Positions 1 to 12,680 of a stretch of DNA of 64,000 nucleotides are shown piece by piece. The stretch spans positions 5,022,001-5,086,000 of the forward strand of contig CATNEN010000033.1 in NCBI GenBank assembly GCA_950097015.1, written 5' to 3'. The notes under the pieces were generated by a model. That model ran no database searches. It was given only the letters and a program-made list of their open reading frames with translations, and was not told the DNA's origin. Source of the stretch: Macrostomum hystrix. Taxonomy: Eukaryota > Animalia > Platyhelminthes. A program made the position numbers and the translations under genes. The stretch's first letter is position 1. Each line of letters starts with the position of its first letter.

Positions 1-390
1 TCAAGCCGTTCCTGCTCAATTCGCTCCTGCTCAAGTCGTTCCTGCTCAAGCCGCTCCTGCTCAAGCCGCTCCTGCTCAAGCCATTCCTGCTCAAGCCGTT
101 CCTGCTCGAGCCGTTCCTGCTCGAGCCTCTCCTGCTCAAGCCTCTCCTGCTCAAGCCGTTCCTGCTCAAGCCGTTCCTGCTCAATTCGCTCCCGCTCAAA
201 CCGTTCCTGCTCAAGTCGCTCCTGCTCAAGCCGTTCCTGCTCAATTCGCTCCCGCTCAAGCCATTCCTGCTCAAGTCGTTCCTGCTCGAGCCGTTCCTTC
301 TCAAGTCGCTCGTGCTCAAGCCGTTCGCATTCCAACCTTTCCTGCTCGAGCCGCTCTTGCTCAAGCCGTTGTCGTTCTAGCCTCTCCTGC
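1..390 (-). repeat. 15-bp coding repeat, (EQERL)n, in the last visible ASPM exon
   Basis: Unit gagcaggaacggctt on the minus strand, about 25 copies, in frame with the IQ region, no stops; variation is mostly synonymous (GAA/GAG, CGG/CGA/AGG, CTT/CTC). Confidence 0.85.
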
Positions 391-3300
391 TCCCTCCGTC
401 TAGTGAAGAACAGGCGCCATGCCCGCTGTACAGTGCAAGCAGCATGCACTCGTGCAAGCCTCTCGCGTTCCATCCGTCTCAATCGATGCGCCCTCCAAAC
501 CTCTTGAATGCACAACGCTGCTGCCAGTCTGCGAGCCAGCCAGCTTGTCACGTGACTCTGCAGCGCCGCGAAAGCCCGATTACGCCTGCTAATCCGATAA
601 TTGGTCAGGATGACCAGGATTGCTCGCCGACGCCGGCGCCGCTCAATCTCGCGTCGAATCCGGCCCAGACGGATCTGCCGCCCGTACCGATACCAGCGCT
701 GGATGGAGCTTGCGGCCGCGGAGCGTCGAGCCGCCTCCTCGTCGCGCAGGCAGCGGACCGGAGTGTCGGCCGGCTTGCAGGACGGCCCAGGTGTGCCGGG
801 CCAGAAGCCGATGCCGAAATCGGTGACGGTAGCGACGAAGCAGCTAGCATTTTCTGCTGGCAGCGCGTCGACGCGATCTTCCTGCGCGGCGGGTGGACCG
901 GTGCGCTGTGCCCGACGCCGGCGCCAGGCCGCCTGAATGACGCGAGCGGCTCGGGACTCGGTGTTGAGATTCAACAGGCAGCCAGCCAGGGCGGCCAGCT
1001 GAGCGAGCAGCATGCTGCGGTCCGGCCGGTCTGACGAAGTCGGCAGAATGAGCGCCGGACACTGTCCCAGCTCAGCTAACCGTTCAGACACGGTGCGCCA
1101 ATCTTGATCCTCTTCGGCGCTGGAGGCCGGTGGCGCGGCGCAGTAGTGCCTTAGCAACCGCATGACAACGCGACTATCGTCCTCGGCCGGAGGCGGTAGA
1201 CCAGCTGGCCAATCGAAGGCGGCCACGCAGGCGGCCCAGCAGGGCAGGAGGCTGGCCGGTTTCGGGTCGGTGGGGGCCGGCGGGCAAGCGGCGCCGCGGT
1301 CGTGGAGGGCGCGTCGAAGGGCGCGGATTTCGAAAAGGAGGCGGCCAACTAGCTTGGGATCCTCAGCCAGGGCAAAGCGAGCCAGGCAGCGCCAGAGTAG
1401 GCTTAGTGTTTTCTCTCTGTGGCCGTCAACAATATCGCGCGGGTCGATCGGGTTGCCTGGAGTAGGGATGAAGTCATGGAGGTAAGGGAGGTCAATAGAA
1501 TGGCATGATAACTTCGGAAAATTATCAAATCTTTAGTGGTGAAGATAATATATAATGTACTATCTTGATTAATTAACTACTACATGATCCCAGATCCTAG
1601 ATACCAGATCCTAGATCCCAGATCCTAGCTCCCAGATCCTAGATCCCAGATCCTAGATCCTAGATCCCAGATCCTAGATCCCAGATCCTAGATCCCAGAT
1701 CCTAGATCCCAGATCCTAGATCCCAGATCCTAGATCCCAGATCCTAGATCCTAGATCCTAGATCTTAGATCCCAGATCCTAGATCCTAGATCCCAGATCC
1801 CAGATTCCAGATCCTAGATCCCAGATCCTAGATCCCAGATCCTAGATCCCAGATCCCAGATTCCAGATCCCAGATGGATACCTAACTAATACAAGGTAAA
1901 GAAAGTAAGGTAATAGAATGGCTGAAATGATATAGCCAATGCAATGTACGACAGATGGGCACTCACCGGAGGTCCAATCCAGCGACACGCCCAGTCCGCG
2001 AAGCTCCTCGAAAGCCACTTGACAGTTGCGAATCTTTTGTAGCCGGCTGATGGCCGGACATCGCAGCCGGCCGGACAGGGCCGCCCGGCCGCCGGTGAGG
2101 ATCTCGAGTGTCCGGCAGAGGCGAATTCCGTCGCGTAGATCCACAGCCAGGTTAGTGACTCCGAACTGGAATTCGTCCAACGGCTTCTGCGCGTGGCACA
2201 ACCGGTAACCCAGGTAGCCCAGGTGCTTAATGACGTCGCCCTCGCCAGCCAGGTAGTCCCTGGTGAAGCTGGTCACTACATCTTTCGTGCACTTATGCGG
2301 AGAGCGCTTGGCAAACAGACACGGATCGAAGTCGATCACGCGCTCGGTTTTTGCTCGGTCCAAGAAATACACAATGGCCAGGAATTTGTTCAGCACGTAT
2401 CTGGGGACAGGGCAGGTCGATGAACGGTACAATGACAGACAGACAGACAGTCAGACAGACGACAGACAGACGACAGACAGACGACAGACACAGACAGGCG
2501 CGCACTCACTTGGCCAGCTCAGCGTCAAAAACCCTTCCTGTACAGGTTGCAGACTCCGGGCATGGCAAAGCGGTCAGCCAGGCCGGGGCTCCACAGCACC
2601 CGAGACTGCAGAAAGGATCTCAGCGGAGTTCGACGCCCGGCAGCCCCGCCAGTGTCAGCGGAGGAAGACGCGGCCGGGGCAAGGATTGGCTCGCCGAATA
2701 GCGACTCGAGTGCGAGGCGCAGCCAGAGCGGGTGAAAGGCCAGGTACAGATCTGTAAGGCGGGCCCGGAGACCCCTGTCGGCGCGGAAGCAGACATCAGA
2801 CCGGACTCTAAGGCGGCCCTCGCTCACCTGGAAGGGGTGGAAAATGCAGAGAAACAAATGGTAGTCCTTAATGAGGACGTAGAAAGCGTTTGGGAATCAG
2901 GGATCAGGAAGCAGGCGGAATCCGGAAATGAGGGATCAGACAGAATCCGGAAATGTGGGATCAGGCAGAATCCGGAAATGTGGGGTCAGGCGGAATCCGG
3001 AAATGAGGGATCAGACAGAATCCGGAAATGTGGGATCAGACAGAATCCGGAAATGTGGGGTCAGGCGGAATCCGGAAATGTGGGGTCAGACAGAATCCGG
3101 AAATGAGGGATCAGACAGAATCCGGAAATGAGGGATCAGACAGAATCCGGAAATGAGGGATCAGACAGAATCCGGAAATGTGGGATCAGACAGAATCCGG
3201 AAATGTGGGATCAGACAGAATCCGGAAATGAGGGATCAGACAGATCCGGAAATCTGGGATCAGGCGGAATCCGGAAATGAGGGATCAGGCGGAATCCGGA

Positions 3301-6300
3301 AATGTGGGATCAGACAGAATCTGGAAATGAGGGATCAGACAGAATGCGGAAATGTGGGATCAGGCAGAATCTGGAAATGTGGGATCAGGCAGAATCCGGA
3401 AATGAGGGATCAGACAGATCCGGAAATCTGGGATCAGGCGGAATCCGGAAATGAGGGATCAGACAGAATCCGGAAATGAGGGATCAGACAGAATCCGGAA
3501 ATGAGGGATCAGGCGAAATCCGGAAATGTGGGATCAGACAGAATCCGGAAATGTGGGATCAGGCGGAATCTGTAAATGTGAAATCATACAGAATCTGGAA
3601 ATGAGGGATCAGACAGAATGCGGAAATGTGGGATCAGGCAGAATCTGGAAATGTGGGATCAGGCAGAATCCGGAAATGAGGGATCAGACAGATCCGGAAA
3701 TCTGGGATCAGGCGGAATCCGGAAATGAGGGATCAGACAGAATCCGGAAATTTGGGATTAGGCGGAATCCGGAAATGTGGGATCAGACAGAATCTGGAAA
3801 TGAGGGATCAGACAGAATGCGGAAATGTGGGATCAGACAGAATCCGGAAATGAGGGATCAGACAGAATCCGGAAATGAGGGATCAGACAGAATCCGGAAA
3901 TGAGGGATCAGACAGAATCCGGAAATGAGGGATCAGGCGGAATCCGGAAATGTGGGATCAGACAGAATCCGGAAATGTGGGATTAGGCGGAATCCGGAAA
4001 TGTGGGATCAGACAGAATCCGGAAATGTGGGATCAGGCGGAATCTGTAAATGTGGAATCATACAGAATCTGGAAATGAGGGATCAGACAGAATGCGGAAA
4101 TGTGGGATCAGGCAGAATCTGGAAATGTGGGATCAGGCAGAATGCGGAAATGTGGGATCAGGCGGAATCTGAGGATCTAGAATAAATGTAGAATCTGGAT
4201 CTGGGCTTGGCCTAATCTGGAAATAGGCCAATGGGATCAGAATTTCGGAAGAATCTGAGGATCTCTGAGTCCCCCGCTGGGACCCAACTCCGACATTCAA
4301 CTTTAAACGGCCCGACACAAAGAAAGGGAAAATCGGGCCGATTTATTCCCGATTTTCATCTTGTTGGGGCGTCGGTGCCGTCGGGTCGATTTTGGGCAGA
4401 CGAAAGTCGCAAACAAAAGATGAAAAATGAATCGCCATTCATCTTCGTACGATTTTCATCGGTTTTTGTCGGACCAAAAGTGAAAAATCGGCCCAAAAAA
4501 ATCGACGAGTCATCGATTATTCAAAAAACCGTAACGACAACTCCGACTTTCACCCAAAATAACTCCGACTTTCACCTGTGTAGAAATATGACTATGTATA
4601 TCCGTATGATTTCATCTATGATTTTCATCGATATTCATCTGTACATGTCGGACCAGCTGCTACACGACTTTCGCCCGACACTGAAGACCCGACTTTCATC
4701 GATATTCATCTGTACATGTACATGCTTATCAAATAGAGACTCTAGTCAGCCGATTTTGATCCGACACAGTGCAGATAAAATTCGGCTCGAAAAACGGTTT
4801 AAAATCGGGTCGAAATTACATTTCGTGTGAATTTCGGTCCGAAATCGAACCAACAGTCTGCAAAATGTCGGAGTTGAGTCCCAGCGGGCCGCTCAAGCAT
4901 TACCTCTCGCTCAACGCGGCAGATCACGGACACGAAGCTCTCGCAGCCGATCAGCCGTCGACCTCGGCTGCGCAGGGCTGCCAGGGCACGAAAGTCGGCA
5001 TAGGCGCGCAGCGACATGGCCTCCTTGGTTGGCGCTGGCCCGGTGGTTGCGCCAGCGGCTACTGTGGTCACATCGGCGACAGAGTTGGCTGTCGACGCCG
5101 GTGGCGCCGGCTCCTCGCCCTGGCAGCAGCGCAGAGCCAGTCCGGGCGTCAGCAAGTAGTTCAGCCACTGCTGCAGACCGAACTCCTGAAGGAAACACGC
5201 AGGAATTTCTGTGGAATTTACCTATTTGCCTTTGATCCTGTTGTCCGTCACTTAAATATCTCACTCGACTGTCAAACCACCAACTCATTTTAATCACCTC
5301 TCGATCGCTACTTTAAAATCAATCCCATCAACTGTCAATCCACCACTTAATATTAATTTTTTAAAATATCACTTTTTATTACAACTGCCCTAAGTGGGCC
5401 AGATGTGCAGCTGACAGCACGGCCATTGTGCAGCGCATCTGAAGGCTGCGTACGGCTGTTCAGTCCATGGACTCAGGGCGCCACACTCACCCTCAATTAC
5501 CCCAGCTGATGCTGGTACCATTTTAACGGCTGGTGAACTGAATCAAGGCAGAGTTAAGTGTCTTGGTAAAGGACACAAATTGCAACTCACCTGTTTCTCC
5601 CGCCAGCGCTCATCATAGTAGGTGCTGCAGCTTCGCTGCTCCGCCGCGGTCATCGAAGCAGCTGTCGATGCCTTTGGAGTTGTCGGAGCCAGCATGGACA
5701 GGCCGCTCAAATCGGACGCGTCGACTAAGGTGGCCGACGGCGACTCGACAATGCACTTAACGGCGGATCCGGCCACGGACGCTGCCGCAGTCGACGCGTT
5801 GACTCGCACTCTATTCGACTTTCGACGCTTAACAATGCGACCGCTCAGCGGGCTGCTGATCGCCTGCTCGGACGGTGAAGCCGCCGCAGCCGCGGCAGAA
5901 GTTCTCGCTGCAGCAGCAGCGGAGGACGCGAACCGGCCAGTCAGGGTGCTGCGCAGACTGTGCCGCCGGCGGAATCGTTCCACCGGACTCTCCGGATGGT
6001 GCTTCGGCCGCAGCCGAGCAGCCAGTCTGGAGTGCAGCAGATGCGAAAGCAGACTGGAAGCCGCGTTGCCGCCGCTGCCGCTGAATGAAACTTCGGCTAG
6101 GCGCGGCTTCTTACTGGCCGCCACCGTAGCGTCGCTAACTGAAACTGACGAAGTTGACGTCACCAACGGTGCCTCCTCCGGCGTCGCTGGCAGCATCAAG
6201 GAGGTCTGCAGGCGTCTAGATAAGCCGCCGGGACCGGAAGCTAGGCGAGCCTTGGCCACGTTGAACACTGGCGATGGCACAGCGGCTGCGTTGTCATCGC

Positions 6301-6841
6301 CATCGTTCTCCTTCCCCGCCAGCCGCTGCTCCACCCAGGTCTTCCGCTTCCTGCCGTGGCTGGCGGCTGGGACCTCCACAGCCATGCCCAGCAGCACCGC
6401 CTGCAGATTGTAGACGTCGCCAACGCGGAATGCGGCCAGCTCGCGCATGCCACCAGGCCGCTGCGGAGTCCAGGTCAGCGTGAGCATGTACTCGCCCTCG
6501 GCGTTGACAACAAACTCCTGCTCGACGCAGGCGATGCCACACTTTTCGCCGGGCAGGCGGCTGATGCGCACCTCCTGATCGTAGGCGTGCGGATTCTGGA
6601 TGAGCAGCCGCTGAGTGGCCAGGCGGCCCATCGGCACTCGGCCAAAGTCCACCAGCGGCTGCTTGGCGAAGTGGGTCAACACTAACACGTCATGAACATC
6701 GATGGTGGCGCCGGGCACGGAGACACGCGTAGGCGTGGCCACAAACCAGCCGGTGCGGATGGAGCTGGGGGTTCGAGCACAAGTTGGCGCCGACGATGAT
6801 GTCGGAGTGCCGAGAACTGCTTCCAGGCTGTGGTCGCTCAT
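1..6841 (-). CDS. ASPM: Abnormal spindle-like microcephaly-associated protein (ASPM/asp), 5 exons visible, 3' end beyond the window
   Basis: Exons (minus): 6841-5591 (ASH domain '[19 protein letters not shown]', ends [10 protein letters not shown]), 5185-4904 ([25 protein letters not shown]), 2827-2510 ([16 protein letters not shown]), 2400-1967 ([14 protein letters not shown]; CH domain [24 protein letters not shown]), 1456-<1 ([17 protein letters not shown] motifs [29 protein letters not shown]). All junctions are GT-AG with matching phases, provided one extra base at 2527-2531 is removed. Motifs recalled from human/fly ASPM. Confidence 0.95.
1585..1873. repeat. 7/14-bp minisatellite (cccagat/cctagat) in ASPM intron 4
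   Basis: Directly visible tandem array. Confidence 0.95.
2425..2497. repeat. (GACA)n microsatellite in ASPM intron 3
   Basis: Directly visible. Confidence 0.9.
2895..4190. repeat. 25-bp minisatellite (ggaaatgtgggatcagacagaatcc) in ASPM intron 2
   Basis: About 50 degenerate copies with higher-order blocks; explains the repetitive ORFs at 2732-4185. Confidence 0.95.
4273..4888. mobile_element. MITE / non-autonomous DNA transposon with 25-bp TIRs
   Basis: cccgctgggacccaactccgacatt (4273-4297) is the inverted repeat of 4864-4888 with 1 mismatch; 'cc' flanks both ends; internal repeats of ccgactttc; no transposase ORF. Confidence 0.7.
5494..5578 (-). mobile_element. CORE-SINE-like fragment in ASPM intron 1
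   Basis: Minus strand reads ttgtgtcctttaccaagacacttaac...cagttcaccagccgttaaaatggtaccagc, resembling the CORE/MIR domain (tgtgaccttgggcaagtcacttaac...ctgtaaaatgg) as recalled; a similar fragment lies at about 26905-26958. Confidence 0.5.
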
Positions 6842-9602
6842 TGATTCGCTTTAGCTGGCAGTGCACAGCTGGAGAGCTGCAAATTGTAAAGCAAAATCTA
6901 GTTAACAGAGTTTAGTGTTGACTGCTGGCATCCTGACAAGAGAGACTTAACTAAATTTATAACCACAAATTACTGCAAATTACTATACTATGTGTGATTG
7001 CATGACTGTTGTTTATTCAACATTCTGATATTTCTTTTTATAGTGCTATATTTTATTGAATGTGATGCTGATCGCTGCACAAGCAAGTCTCATAATAAGG
7101 TTTTTTGCATTTCGTTATGTTTGTTCTTATCTATAAAAGCTCGACTGCTATAGCTAGATGATAAACAATTAATCAGATGTTCTGTCACAAATTTGATGGT
7201 GTGTAACCATTTTTCTGCTATTTAATATTTAGCAATGTCATATATTTACTTATGTCTTCTCTTTGCTATATAAATATATTACTTAAGTAGCCAACATATT
7301 AAAACTTCTCTTCAAGTCTTCTCTTGTAGTGCACTTTTTTCTTTATCTTACCCCATGTATAATTTAATCTGAAATACTAACTTAAGACTTCCACAAAACT
7401 CAGTGACAGCTTATTTTAGCATTGTTTAAGTTTGAGTCAAGCAATGCCAAACTCAAGAAAAATTTAGTTTGTGACAGCCAATTTCATGACAATAGTTAAT
7501 TTTCATTTAAAGACAAGTGAGGATAAATTAACACTTTATGTATAACAATTAAATTAGCACAAATAACTAGTCTCATGATACTTTTACATCAATGGGTCTC
7601 TGGTTTTGAGAATATAATTTTAAAGCTATAAACAAATACACTATTGCTATAATATTTAAATATTTTAAAATATTTTATTATAAATATATAAAACAATAAC
7701 AGCCTATATATAAAACATACTTTATGCATATTGTTTCCTAAAATAGCATACTAATGATAAATAAACAAGATAAATGCAACACAGATAGCATGTGAGAAGT
7801 GTCTTATATTTGACTCTATAAGTGCAACATAGTTTTGTAAAGCTTATAGGTTTGTTACAATGCTTGATAATTCTCTTATCTTGTTTGTGAGTTTGAAAAT
7901 AGTAAGACATGTTTATTTGTAATTTGTGTGGCCAATGGCTATATTTCATGGTTACTGGAACTGAAAATGCTAAGATAAAGAATAATCATCGAATTAAAGT
8001 AGGCCTAAATATACTTATACATTTAAAAGGAAAAAATGTCTTAGGCCTACTTTTAAACTCAGAATAATAATTTAAACTAATAAATCTATATAGCCTTATA
8101 TGTTATATCAAAAGATAAGCACTATTTACTGCAGTAAGCTAGAAGAGTTTCAGTTGGCATATCCTATGCCTATGGTATTGTTGTGTTACAATCCCCAGTT
8201 TTGCATTATTGTGTTATACAAGCCATACGATCCCTATTGAAATGAATAAACAAAACAATGCAGATCCAGAAGTATTGTTCAAAATGTAATTCAAACAGCC
8301 ATCACCTCAATTCTGAAACATTTCTAATGAAAGCTAAAACATCAACAGCAATTGCAGCAATAGATGAGAAAATCAAGAAGAGGAGCTATATATTCACCTT
8401 TGTGTCACGATCCCTTACTGTTATGAAGCATATGAAATTGGTATGGTAGGGATTGTAAGACAAAGCAGAAAGAGGGTAATACAATCACTTATTGATAGAA
8501 ATGTGTGTAGGGGATCATAAGATAAAAGTGAATATTAGGCCTACTGAAGTTCAAACAAAGTTTAGGCCTATTCATTTCAGATATACATGAAGGGACCTGA
8601 ATAGTGGAGCAGCAAAGTAGGCCTACCTCACAACAGAACTCAGAAAGCGACAGCAAGGACCACTACTGGTACTTAGTACTTTAACTTACTTATTCGGTAA
8701 AACTTACACTTTTGCGAGTAAATACACAGCAGCGAGTTAGCTTGTAGGCCAAAAAGAAAATTTTTTATTATAAAAAATGTCACATCGTTCGAAGTAATTT
8801 TGATAAATCCGAATTTAAACTCGCGGGCCAGCAATTTTTATTACGATCTAACTTGACACATTGGTCACGTTTTAGCATTTCAAAGCCAGAAGCTATTTGC
8901 TCAGTGAGATACTGTAATTAGGCTTTAAGCAGAAAGTCGCCTTGTTTTTTTATGCTTTTAAAAACTCCTTTTAAAAACTCTGGAGCACCCACGCACACAG
9001 TTACTGTACTCAAGGCACACGATCATACAGGTGCATTGTACATCTGCCCTGACTTTCTCAACGAAACAAAGACAACTTAGGATTGAAATACTAGGGCCTA
9101 TATTCTAGAAAAAAACTATTAAGTTTTTTAATTTTTGTAAGTGCGAGTGCTTAATAAATAGTACAAAGTTTTCATGTTTATTATCCATTCGGTTAAGTAT
9201 ATTATCATGGACAAGTACACAACACACTACTATCACATAGGCAACAAATGAGTATAATTTACATTTTACTTCTTGGGACTACTAAATACTATAAACCAGT
9301 ACTATTGGAATTACTATTACTATTACGTATTAGATCTAGTATTACTTTGTTTAAGTATTTAGTAGTCCCTTGTATTAATTATGGCGCCCTTTATATCCGA
9401 TCACTCACTAGAAATTAGTGAATATTAATTTCTGAATTTTGGCTCTGAATTCGAAGCATAATGATTATTATAAAATGCGCATGTCACACATCAGACATCA
9501 CACAGCACTGATAAACTGATAAACACACACAGATGTTAGGTAGCTAGACAGATTAGACCTGGCCCCTGGACAGCTGGACCTAACACTTGGACGGATATGA
9601 GT

Positions 9603-9982
9603 AGCCCTTTGACAACTAGACCTAGCCCTTTGACAGCCATACCTAGCCCTTTGACAGCTAGACCTAGCCCTTTGACAGCTAGACCTAGCCCTTTGACAGC
9701 CAACCTAGCCCTTTGACAGCTAGACCTAGCCCTTTGACAGCTAGACCTAGCCCTTTGACAGCCAACCTAGCCCTTTGACAGCTAGACCTAGCCCTTTGAC
9801 AGCTAGACCTAGCCCTTTGACAGCTAGACATAGCCCTTTGACAGCTAGACCTAGCCCTTTGACAGCCATACCTAGCCCTTTGACAGCTAGACCTAGCCCT
9901 TTGACAGCTAGACCTACCCCTTTGACAACTAGACATAGCCATTGGACAGCTAGACGTAGCCCTTTGACAGCTAGACCTAGCC
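9603..9982. repeat. 21-bp minisatellite (cctttgacagctagacctagc)
   Basis: About 18 tandem copies. Confidence 0.95.
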
Positions 9983-11194
9983 ATTAAAGGGCAAGGCAGA
10001 AAAGCAGATGTAATTTGCTTTGGAAAGCAATTTAATTAAGTGAAGACTTCCAGCTGCTATTGCCGCCTACAGTTGCGCAACACAGACCCAGTGCAAATGG
10101 GGCCTGAGCTAGCACACTGGAGTTCGAGCTAGCCCTTGGGCGCATCAACAACAGCCAAAGCATACTGTTCCAATATGGCACCGCGGGCACATTTGTCGCT
10201 TCTACCAAAGCAAACGCTTTTACCCCGCAGTGGAATTTTCAATTCAGTTTTCGTTTTCAGTTTTGCTATGCCCTGCGGGATACACAATCACCCGGAGCCA
10301 GGGCCTAGCAGCTAGTTTAGCACCTTCATTTCAATAATTGAATAGAAAATTTAATTGAAATGCAGTCTTTGTAATAAAAGTTTATTACCTTTCCTATAAT
10401 GCTAGGTGTTCTAGGGGAGTTATAAAATAACACAAAGGCGAAAATGCCTCCCCTCGTATTATCACAGCCGAGGGGTCCAGCCCCGGTCTTTGTAGCTCAG
10501 CCTGCAGGAGCCAAACACGGGGCCAATGCCACATTAATGGATGCTGCTTGCAGGGGCAAGCAAGACTATATTGCTATCTGGGTCTTTGTAATATATACAC
10601 AAGCGGAACAGACGGCAAATTGAGGTTTACTAGTAGTAATTAGGCCATAACCATGCAATAACTCACTTCCTGTTTGGTGCACTGTTTACATTAGCTATCG
10701 CTATCCTAAATTGACCAGAATTAAGTCTGCTAGCACCGACCTCCCTGCTAGCTGATCCGAATCCGAACCAAGTTTAGCAAAATTATAAGGAGATGATAAC
10801 ACGCTCAAACTGGTCTCACGCTCCGCACACGTCCGGTTTCTGGGCCCATTTAGCTAATAGTGAGCCAGCGCGGCCTGCTTCAGCGCTAAAGCAATAAAAA
10901 ATGATGCAGCCCTGCAGCTCCCGCAGACTCCTCTGTGTCATCCGGGCTATCAACTGGGTCAGCCCGCATTAGCTGATGCAGCTCGTGTGGCCAGCAAAAC
11001 CACCCATCGAAGATTTTGTTAGCCGCTGAGCCTGATAATAATTGCTTTGATTTCTTGCATTGCTGCTTCAGAACTGTCTGCCTGTCCTGTTTTAAGCCCA
11101 CCCACCACCTGCCTGACACCTCACACCAGCTGATCCTCTGCACCCCTGTCTCACCCACCTGCCCATGCTTCTCCTTGCCCCTCATCCATTCCCC

Positions 11195-11590
11195 TCTCTC
11201 TTCCTCTCTCTTCCTCTCTGTTCCTCTCTCTTCCTCTCTCTTCCTTTCTCCTCCTTTCTCTTCCTCTCCTCTCTCTTCCTCTCTCTTCCTCTCTGTTCCT
11301 CTCTCTTCCTCTCTCTTCTTTTCTCCTCCTTTCTCTTCCTCTCTCTTGCTTTCTCTTCCTCTCTCTTGCTTTCTCTTCCTCCCTCTTGCTTTCTCTTCCT
11401 CCCTCTTGCTTTCTCTTCCTCTCTCTTCCTTTCTCCTCCTTTCTCCCCCTTTCTCTTCCTCTCCTCTCTCTTCCTCTCTCTTCCTCTCTCTTCCTCTCTC
11501 TTCCGTCTCCTCCTTTCTCTTCCTCTCTCGTCCGTCTCCTCATTCTCATCTCTTTTTCTATCTCTATTCCTCGCCTCTCTCCGTTTCTTT
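11195..11590. repeat. CT-rich low-complexity tract
   Basis: Degenerate tcctctctct repeats; source of spurious E/R-rich and S/L-rich ORFs. Confidence 0.9.
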
Positions 11591-12371
11591 CCTTTACCTA
11601 TATTTGAGCACTCTTGCTATTGTCGCTATTAATGTCCATAAGCTTCCGTACGTCTTCACCTGACAACTTTCGCTCCCTTCCTTCCTACAGTTTCCTCATT
11701 AAATTCCAGAGAGATATCCTGCGCACCCAGCACCCATGCTCCAGCTGAGCTTTAGTGAGGCCAAATATGAGGCCATAGTATAGGCTGCAAAATTCCAGAT
11801 TGATTTGAATCCCAGTCAGTGTTTGCCCTGTGTCAACACCAGCGCCAGGCCGCTAACACCATCCGGGAAGTGGCCATAGAGCATTTCCAATTTCCCACTG
11901 AGAGAAGGACAGCCTTGGCCTAGAAGACAGCTCGACTGTGAAGATTAGCAGTTTCCTGTCTGACTTTGTGTAGGCAAAAGTGAAGCCAGAGATTTCCTCA
12001 GTCAGAGACCGGCTTGCTTTGTAATGCTGGGGAGAAAGCTTGGTCATGCATATAGTCCTTAGAAGTATTATATACTCCTCAAATTTGAATATAAATTTGC
12101 TGTGTCAGATCCGAATGCTGCGGTCACGTCTCTCTCTTCAGCCTGATCCCGCAGTCTTTAACCCGAGCTGATAAGAGAGCCAAGCAACTGGCGAAGGAAA
12201 CTAGCAGCTCTCGGGGATGTTAGAAAACGCGGAACGTCACGCGCCGCGACCCAAGGGGCCGGAGCTGCCTGCTTCAGAAAATTTATTGGGTAGCGGGACT
12301 GCTTTTTAATTAACAAGGACCGACCAGGTCACCTGTTCTGCAGATCTGCTGGGTTTCATTTAAGACAGTTT

Positions 12372-12680
12372 AGGATCTGTGAAGTCTAGGATCTGTGAAG
12401 TCTAGGATCTGTGAAGTCTAGGATCTGTGAAGTCTAGGATCTGTGAAGTCTAGGATCTGTGAAGTCTAGGATCTGTGAAGTCTAGGATCTGTGAAGTCTA
12501 GGATCTGTGAAGTCTAGGATCTGTGAAGTCTAGGATCTGTGAAGTCTAGGATCTGTGAAGTCTAGGATCTGTGAAGTCTAGGATCTGTGAAGTCTAGGAT
12601 CTGTGAAGTCTAGGATCTGTGAAGTCTAGGATCTGTGAAGTCTAGGATCTGTGAGGTCTAGGATCTGTGAAGTCTAGGAT
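12372..12680. repeat. 16-bp minisatellite (aggatctgtgaagtct)
   Basis: About 19 near-perfect copies. Confidence 0.95.

Noticed and set aside
444-1485. Plus-strand ORFs 444-1034, 601-936 and 1162-1485, and similar ORFs opposite other exons
   Set aside because: Antisense or off-frame shadows of GC-rich exons of ASPM, GGA, DYRK1 and scratch.
4231-4830. 199-aa ORF as a transposase of the MITE
   Set aside because: No DDE or other motif; the composition reflects internal repeats.
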